Sequence record: DRR723986_3087
DNA: 32,252 nucleotides
Direction: 5' to 3' (one strand)
The notes below the pieces were generated by a model. It worked only from the letters and a program-made list of their open reading frames with translations. It made no database searches and was not told where the DNA came from. Below, piece after piece: positions 26,300-32,252 of the stretch (its first letter is position 1; each line of letters begins with the position of its first letter). The position numbers and the translations under genes are program-made.

Positions 26300-27124
26300 G
26301 TGACGACAGCAGCAGCCAAGAAAAACGCCAAGGCGGGCCTGCCCGAGGGGGGCAAGGCGCGTAGGGTGTATCTGTTGCTGCGCGATGAAATGTCAAATGG
26401 CAGCTACGGCCCCGGATCTGCCCTGCCGGGCGAGCAGAAACTGGCCGAGATCTACGGCGTTAGCCGCGTTACGGTGCGCCGCGCGCTTGAGGTGCTGGAA
26501 AGCGATGGGTTTATCCAGCGCAGGGCGGGCTCGGGCACGGTTGTGCGGCCCATGGCGCAGCCCGCAGGCCAGGTTGCGGCCGATATCGCCACATTGATGC
26601 CGCAGCTGGTAGAGATGGGGCAAACCACCACCGCGCGTTTGCTGTCGTTTTCTTATGGCCCGGCGCCTGCGGTTGTGGCGCAAGCCATGTCTTTGGCGGC
26701 CCCTGCGCGGGTGCAAACCGCCACGCGCGTGCGCCTGATCGATGGCCAGCCCTTTTCGCACCTCACCACCTATGTGCCCGAGGATGTGGCGGCCAATTAC
26801 ACCGAGGCCGATCTGGCCACCACACCGCTTTTTCGCCTGCTTGAACGTTCAGGCGTCAAGGTGACAGACGCGCGCCAAACCGTCAGCGCCACGCTGGCCG
26901 CCCCCGATGTGGCCGAGGCGCTAGAGGTGGCTGTGGGCACGGCGCTGTTGTCGCTGCGCCGGGTGGTGCGCGATATCAATGGCAAGGGGGTGGAATATCT
27001 CTCTGCGCTTTATCGGCCCGATTTGTTTCGCCTTGAGATGACATTAGACCGGGTGGGCGCCGAAGGCCGCCGCCACTGGGCGCCGGTGATCGACCCCGCC
27101 ACCGGGGCAGGGGGCGCGCAATGA
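26300..27124 (+). CDS. GntR-family regulator, HutC/UTRA subfamily (274 aa)
   Basis: LPGEQKLAEIYGVSRVTVRRAL...RRAGSGTVV plus a UTRA-like C-terminus; GTG 26300 after AGGAGG. Confidence 0.92.
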   Translation: MTTAAAKKNAKAGLPEGGKARRVYLLLRDEMSNGSYGPGSALPGEQKLAEIYGVSRVTVRRALEVLESDGFIQRRAGSGTVVRPMAQPAGQVAADIATLMPQLVEMGQTTTARLLSFSYGPAPAVVAQAMSLAAPARVQTATRVRLIDGQPFSHLTTYVPEDVAANYTEADLATTPLFRLLERSGVKVTDARQTVSATLAAPDVAEALEVAVGTALLSLRRVVRDINGKGVEYLSALYRPDLFRLEMTLDRVGAEGRRHWAPVIDPATGAGGAQ

Positions 27125-28566
27125 TCTCTGCGGCCACAGCCACCGCACCGGCACCAAAACTGGCACCAAAACCGGCCACGCTGTTTGACAAGCTGTGGCA
27201 GGCGCATGAAATCACCCGCCGCGCGGACGGGGCCTCGCTGCTTTGGGTTGATCGCCATCTGGTGCACGAGGGCAGCCACCACGCCTTTGCCAAATTGGCC
27301 GCGCGCGGCGCGCCCGTGGCCGAGCCCAGCCTGACCTATGCTGTGGTCGATCACTATGCCCCCACCCGCGGCCGCGATGCCATTCCCCCGGGCGATATTC
27401 GGCGCATGATCGAAACCCTGGGCCAAAACGCGCGCACCCACGGGCTGCGCCTGTTTGGCCTCAGCGATCCTGACCAGGGCATTGTGCATGTGGTGGGCCC
27501 TGAACAGGGGCTGACCTTGCCGGGCTTTACTGTGAATTGCGGCGATAGCCATACATCCACCCATGGCGCATTCGGCGCCTTGGCCTTTGGCATTGGCGCC
27601 ACCGAGGTGGCGCATGTGCTGGCCACTCAAACGATCTGGCAGATGCGCCCCAAAACCATGCGCATCACGGTTGTTGGGCACTTGGGCCCTGCGGTTGGGG
27701 CCAAGGATTTGGCGCTGCACTGGATTGCGCGTTTGGGGGCCGATGGGGCGCGGGGGCATGCGATCGAATATGCAGGCCCTGCGGTGCGGGCCCTGTCGAT
27801 GGAGGGGCGCATGACCTTGTGCAACCTGTCGATCGAAGGCGGCGCACGGCTGGGTATGGTGGCGCCCGATGAGGCCACCTTTCGCTATCTGCAAGGGCGC
27901 CCCTTTGCGCCCCAGGGCGATGATTGGGCGCGCGCGGTCGATGGCTGGGCACGCCTGCCCAGCGATGCGGGTGCGCAGTTTGACCGCGAGGTTGAAATCA
28001 ACGCAAGCGATATCGCCCCCACGGTGACATGGGGCACATCGCCCGAAGAGGCGTTGCCCATCACAGCCCATGTGCCAAACCCCGCGCATCTGCCGCCCGC
28101 GCGCGCGGCGCGCGCCAGCGAGGCGTTAAATTATATGGGCCTAAGCGCCGGCCAAGCCTTGCAGGGCGTGGCGGTAGACCAGGTGTTTATCGGGTCGTGC
28201 ACCAACGGCCGGATCGAGGATTTGCGCCTGGCAGCCAGGGTGTTGCAGGGGCGCCGCGCCAAGGTACCGGGGCTGGTGGCGCCCGGGTCTGCCCTGGTCA
28301 AGGCGCAGGCCGAGGCCGAAGGGCTGGATCAGATCTTTACCCAAGCGGGGCTTGCCTGGGTCGAGGCGGGGTGTTCCATGTGTGTCGGCATGAACGGCGA
28401 TCTGGTTGCCCCGGGCAAGCGCTGCGCCTCGTCCACCAACCGCAATTTCAAAGGCCGCCAGGGGCGCGGCGCGCGCACCCATTTGATGAGCCCCGCCATG
28501 GTGGCCGCGGCCGCGATTACCGGCACCTTATGCGATGTGCGCCCCTTGTTAGAGGGCCGGCTATGA
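27121..28566 (+). CDS. LeuC-like [4Fe-4S] hydratase/isomerase large subunit (probably a catabolic paralog)
   Basis: TLFDKLW, HLVHEGS, QGIVHV, GDSHT, GSCTN, GCSMC and STNRNF.GRQG motifs. Confidence 0.92.
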   Translation: MISAATATAPAPKLAPKPATLFDKLWQAHEITRRADGASLLWVDRHLVHEGSHHAFAKLAARGAPVAEPSLTYAVVDHYAPTRGRDAIPPGDIRRMIETLGQNARTHGLRLFGLSDPDQGIVHVVGPEQGLTLPGFTVNCGDSHTSTHGAFGALAFGIGATEVAHVLATQTIWQMRPKTMRITVVGHLGPAVGAKDLALHWIARLGADGARGHAIEYAGPAVRALSMEGRMTLCNLSIEGGARLGMVAPDEATFRYLQGRPFAPQGDDWARAVDGWARLPSDAGAQFDREVEINASDIAPTVTWGTSPEEALPITAHVPNPAHLPPARAARASEALNYMGLSAGQALQGVAVDQVFIGSCTNGRIEDLRLAARVLQGRRAKVPGLVAPGSALVKAQAEAEGLDQIFTQAGLAWVEAGCSMCVGMNGDLVAPGKRCASSTNRNFKGRQGRGARTHLMSPAMVAAAAITGTLCDVRPLLEGRL

Positions 28567-29168
28567 GCGGGGGCTGGGTGCATCATAGCGGCAAGGCGGT
28601 GGCCTTGGCCCTGGAAAGCGTTGACACCGATCAGCTGATCCCGGCGCGGTTCATGTCGGTGCCGCGGGTGCAGGGCTATGGGCCGTATCTGCTGCATGAT
28701 CTGCGCCACGATGGTGGGGCCCGTGTGGTGCCTGAGTTTGTGCTCAACCAGCATAATGATGCCAGTGTTTTGGTGGCGCGGCGCAACTTTGGCTCGGGCT
28801 CGTCGCGCGAAGCGGCGGTTTATGCGCTGGTTGATTTTGGCATCCGCGTGGTGATTGCCCCCAGCTTTGGCGATATTTTCTCGGCCAATGCGGTGAATAA
28901 CGGGTTGCTGCCCTTGGTGCTGCCCGAGGCCGATGTTGAACGGGTATTGGCCAGCTTGCTGCACGATCCGGGCCAGGCCTGCGTGGATTTGCAGGCCGGA
29001 TCCTTGCGCATCTGTGGGCAAGAGTTTGCGTTTCAGCTGCCCCAGGTTTGGCGCGAAAAGCTGATGAACGGCTGGGATGATATCGATTTGACCACTGCGC
29101 ACGCGTCACAGATTGCGGCCTATAAAACGGCACGCCGCGCCGATACCCCATGGGTTTGGCCAAGCTAA
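28563..29168 (+). CDS. LeuD-like small subunit (201 aa)
   Basis: VDTDQLIPARF, NFGSGSSREAA and SFGDIF..N..NNGLLP motifs; ATGA overlap with the large subunit. Confidence 0.92.
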   Translation: MSGGWVHHSGKAVALALESVDTDQLIPARFMSVPRVQGYGPYLLHDLRHDGGARVVPEFVLNQHNDASVLVARRNFGSGSSREAAVYALVDFGIRVVIAPSFGDIFSANAVNNGLLPLVLPEADVERVLASLLHDPGQACVDLQAGSLRICGQEFAFQLPQVWREKLMNGWDDIDLTTAHASQIAAYKTARRADTPWVWPS

Positions 29169-29207
29169 AATAAGGGCCCGCGCGGCAGCGATGCCGGGCG
29201 GCTTTAT

Positions 29208-29248
29208 TCGGGGGGGAACCCCCACAACAGGGTGGGGGATACCCCCGA
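29208..29248 (+). other. GC-rich stem-loop just upstream of the dctP RBS
   Basis: TCGGGGG...CCCCCAC-N6-GTGGGGG...CCCCCGA nested inverted repeat. Confidence 0.55.
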
Positions 29249-29263
29249 CAAAGGAGAGCGAAG

Positions 29264-30274
29264 ATGAAACACACACTTATTGGCGGCGTGATTGCCAGCA
29301 CCATGCTGGTGGGCGCGGCGCAGGCCACTGAAACCATCACCGCAGTGCATGCCTTTCCGGCGACGCTGATCTATACCCAGTCGTTTTTGAAATTCGTCGA
29401 CAAGGTCAATGCCGCAGGCGAGGGCGTTGTGCAAATCGAGGTGCGCGGTGGCCCCGAGGCGATTGGCATGTTCCAGCAGCCCGATGCCGTGCGCGACGGT
29501 ATTGTTGATATGGTCTATACCCCCGGCTCGTTCTATGGCGGTGCCTTGCCCGAGAAAGACGCGCTGGTGGCCTCGAACCTGACCGCGGTTGAGGCGCGCC
29601 AAAACGGTGGCATCGAGATGATCGACCAGATCCACCAGGCCAAAATGGGCGTGAAATATCTGGGCTGGTTCGACAGCGGCGTGTGCTACAACCTATGGAC
29701 CCGCAACGCCCCCGAATTCGATGCCGATGGCAACCTGAAAGTCGAAGGGCTAAAGCTGCGCGGCAATGCCGTGTATAACGCCTTCTTCAACGATTATCTG
29801 GGCGCTCAGGTGATCGACCTGCCCACCACCGAGGTATATTCCGCGCTGGAACGTGGGGTGGTGGATGCCACGGGCTGGACCCAGATTGGCCTGATCGATC
29901 TGAAATGGAACGAGTTCCTGAACTACCGGATCGAGCCGTGCTTTTTCTCGACAGATCTGGGCGTGATCGTGAACCTGGATCGCTGGAACAGCCTGTCGGA
30001 TGAGGCCAAGAAAGTGCTGCAAGATGCAGCCATCGCGCATGAGGCCGAAAGCGTGGCCGAGCTGAAAGCAAAACGCGATGCCGATTTTGCCGCACTCGAT
30101 GCCGCTGGCATGAAAGTGGTGTCGCTGGAAGGGGCGGCCAAAGCCAATTATCTGGCAGCGGCACGCGAAAAAACCTGGGCCCGTATGAAAGGCCTGATGG
30201 CCGAGCACCCCATGGGTGACGGCCAGTATGACGCGCTGATCGGCAAATTCTACGATCCGGCACGCGATCAATAA
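29264..30274 (+). CDS. dctP: TRAP transporter substrate-binding protein (DctP family)
   Basis: Signal peptide; GLKLR conserved Arg; EVYSALERGVVD; AAGGAG RBS. Confidence 0.9.
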   Translation: MKHTLIGGVIASTMLVGAAQATETITAVHAFPATLIYTQSFLKFVDKVNAAGEGVVQIEVRGGPEAIGMFQQPDAVRDGIVDMVYTPGSFYGGALPEKDALVASNLTAVEARQNGGIEMIDQIHQAKMGVKYLGWFDSGVCYNLWTRNAPEFDADGNLKVEGLKLRGNAVYNAFFNDYLGAQVIDLPTTEVYSALERGVVDATGWTQIGLIDLKWNEFLNYRIEPCFFSTDLGVIVNLDRWNSLSDEAKKVLQDAAIAHEAESVAELKAKRDADFAALDAAGMKVVSLEGAAKANYLAAAREKTWARMKGLMAEHPMGDGQYDALIGKFYDPARDQ

Positions 30275-30281
30275 AAAACGC

Positions 30282-30310
30282 GGGCCGCGCCACAGGGCGC
30301 GGCCCTTTTT
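30282..30310 (+). terminator. Intrinsic-terminator-like hairpin between dctP and dctQ
   Basis: GGGCCGCGCC-ACAG-GGCGCGGCCC-TTTTT. Confidence 0.65.
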
Positions 30311-30325
30311 GGCCCGGGGGACGCC

Positions 30326-30832
30326 ATGCAACCACTTATCCGCCTATATACCGGCTTTCTTTACGCGATGGCGGGCGTTGCGGGCGCCATGCTGATCTGG
30401 ATCATGATTTCGGTCGTGGTCTCGGTTTTGATGCGCAATGCCGGGGTGCAGCCCTTTGCCTGGCTTTTCACCTCGTCGGAATATGCGCTGCTTTATATGA
30501 CGATGCTGGGCGCGCCCTGGCTGGTGCGTGAAAAGGGCCATGTGCATATCGAATTGGTCACAGCCGCCCTGCCACCGCATCTGCGCCGCATCATCAGCCG
30601 CCTGGTGGCTGCGGCCTGCGTGGGCGTCAGCCTGGTGCTGGCGTGGAAAGGGGCTGACCTGTTTCTAACCAATATTGCGCGCAACGATTACGACGTGCGC
30701 GCCTATTATTTTCCGCGCTGGATCCTGACCATCAGCTTTCCAATCAGCTTTGGCCTGATGGCGGTGGAGTTTTCGCGCTTTGTTTTCGGGCGCGAGTTGA
30801 TGCATTCCGGGGAAGCGGGGATTCACGAATGA
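30326..30832 (+). CDS. dctQ: TRAP transporter small permease
   Basis: Four TM segments and a GHVHIEL motif; located between dctP and dctM. Confidence 0.9.
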   Translation: MQPLIRLYTGFLYAMAGVAGAMLIWIMISVVVSVLMRNAGVQPFAWLFTSSEYALLYMTMLGAPWLVREKGHVHIELVTAALPPHLRRIISRLVAAACVGVSLVLAWKGADLFLTNIARNDYDVRAYYFPRWILTISFPISFGLMAVEFSRFVFGRELMHSGEAGIHE

Positions 30833-32139
30833 TGGAATGGTACGAGGCGCTGGCCATTTTGCTGGGCTCGATCCTGGCGCTGATGGCTGTGGGCATGCCT
30901 GTGGCGTTGGCGTTTTTGGCGGCCAATATCGTGGGCGCGTGGATCTTTATGGGCGGCGAGCGGGGCATTTCTGCGCTGCTCAACAATGGGCTTGGGTCGC
31001 TGACCAGTTTTGCGCTGGTGCCCATTCCGCTGTTTTTGCTGATGGGCGAGATTTTCTTTCACACGGGCCTGGGCGCGCGCATGTTCAACGCGATCGATCG
31101 CCTGTTGGGCCGGCTGCCGGGGCGGCTAAGCTATGTGACCGTTTTGGGCGGCACGGGGTTTTCCACCTTGTCCGGCTCGTCCATGGGGGCCACGGCGCTG
31201 TTGGGCAGTTTGATGGTGCCCGAAATGACGCGGCGCGGTTATAAAAAGCACATGTCCATCGGCCCTATTCTGGGCACGGGCGGGCTGGCGATTATCATTC
31301 CGCCCTCGGCCTTGGCGGTGCTGCTGGCCACCTTGGCGCGCATTGATGTGGGCGCTTTGCTGATTGCGGGCATCATTCCGGGGCTGATTTTGTCGATGTT
31401 TTATATCGGCACGATTTGGGTGCAATGCCGGATCGACCCAAGCGCCGCACCGGCCTATGACGTGGAAGAGATGCGCTTGGGCGAGAAACTGGCGCTGTTT
31501 TTCCGCGATGTCATCCCGATGCTTTCGGTGATGGTGGTGATCGTTTTCATGATGGTTGCGGGCATCGTTACCCCATCCGAGGCGGCAGCCTTTGGCGCCC
31601 TGGGCGTTCTGCTGCTGGCGGTGCTGTTTCGCTGCCTGACGTGGGAGGCGGTGAAGAAATCGGTGGTGGGCGCGCTGCGCGTAACCTTGATGGCCTACTT
31701 GATTGTCTTTGGCTCGGCCACGTTTAGCCAGCTTTTGGCCTTTTCGGGTGCCTCACGCGGGCTGATCACTTGGGCCACGGGGTTTGATCTGGATCCGCTG
31801 ATGATGCTGATGGTGATGTTTGGTGTGCTGCTGCTGTTGGGGATGTTCATGGAACAGATCTCGATGATGCTGCTGACGGTGCCGATCTTTTTTCCACTGG
31901 CGCAAAGCCTGGGCTTTGATCTGGTGTGGTTTGCGCTGATCATGCTGTTGGCGCTGGAAATCAGCTTTACCACGCCGCCCTTTGGCCTGTTGTTGTTTGT
32001 GATGAAGGGGGTGGCCCCACCCGATACCACCATGCGCGATATCTATCTGTCGGCCTTTCCTTTTATGGGCTGTTCGCTGCTGTTGGTGGTGCTGTTGGTG
32101 GCCTTTCCGCAGCTGGCATTGTGGTTGCCGGGGCTGTAG
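30829..32139 (+). CDS. dctM: TRAP transporter large permease
   Basis: IPLFLLMG, LSGSS, IIPPS, TPSEAAA and TPPFG motifs. Confidence 0.93.
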   Translation: MMEWYEALAILLGSILALMAVGMPVALAFLAANIVGAWIFMGGERGISALLNNGLGSLTSFALVPIPLFLLMGEIFFHTGLGARMFNAIDRLLGRLPGRLSYVTVLGGTGFSTLSGSSMGATALLGSLMVPEMTRRGYKKHMSIGPILGTGGLAIIIPPSALAVLLATLARIDVGALLIAGIIPGLILSMFYIGTIWVQCRIDPSAAPAYDVEEMRLGEKLALFFRDVIPMLSVMVVIVFMMVAGIVTPSEAAAFGALGVLLLAVLFRCLTWEAVKKSVVGALRVTLMAYLIVFGSATFSQLLAFSGASRGLITWATGFDLDPLMMLMVMFGVLLLLGMFMEQISMMLLTVPIFFPLAQSLGFDLVWFALIMLLALEISFTTPPFGLLLFVMKGVAPPDTTMRDIYLSAFPFMGCSLLLVVLLVAFPQLALWLPGL

Positions 32140-32223
32140 CGCGGCATAAATTCGGGCGCCGGGGGCAAAAGACGCGATTTGCGTATTGACGCCCCCGGGC
32201 CAAAGCCGTAATCACCCCTCAAC

Positions 32224-32252
32224 GCGGTTGTAGCTCAGTTGGTTAGAGTACC
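32224..32252 (+). tRNA. tRNA 5' part, probably tRNA-Asp (anticodon outside the window)
   Basis: GCGGTTG-TAGCTCAGTTGGTTAGAGTACC has acceptor-stem and D-arm pattern; a TTGACG -35-like hexamer lies upstream at 32186. Confidence 0.8.

Noticed and set aside
27121-29168. Housekeeping leucine-biosynthesis leuCD
   Set aside because: Embedded between a GntR regulator and TRAP genes with no leuB; a catabolic paralog is more likely, so no symbol was assigned.
18974-32252. Catabolic cluster as a tRNA-anchored genomic island
   Set aside because: It lies 5' of the tRNA, has host-like GC, and shows no integrase or tRNA-fragment repeat.

Overview
High-GC alphaproteobacterial chromosome segment; gene order and motifs point to Rhodobacteraceae. 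The backbone reads gltX (partial), comEC, lexA, moeA, moaC, trpC, ung, trpD, trpG and a YibQ-like deacetylase. It is followed by a GntR-associated catabolic cluster (flavoprotein, ICL/PEP-mutase-family lyase, isochorismatase-like protein, hydantoinase/oxoprolinase A/B, tautomerase-SnoaL fusion, LeuCD-like hydratase, TRAP transporter) and the 5' end of a tRNA, probably Asp. The main finding is that comEC is split by a ~9.0 kb, more AT-rich, integrase-bearing phage-satellite-like element (2126-11126) bounded by a 7-bp direct repeat CTGGCCC. Precise excision would rejoin comEC in frame (...VAAWP|GATSG...). All element genes lie on the minus strand: P4-like integrase, small putative regulator, AlpA, primase-VapE helicase, CoiA-like nuclease, MerR-like wHTH protein, hypothetical, an HK97-type capsid protein fused to an apparently inactivated protease, and a further hypothetical. 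Non-coding signals include an inverted-repeat origin candidate, a lambda cosQ/cosN-like site and a highly structured ~240-nt region after the capsid gene. No portal, terminase large subunit or tail gene is recognisable. All calls were made by eye from motifs; no database searches were run.
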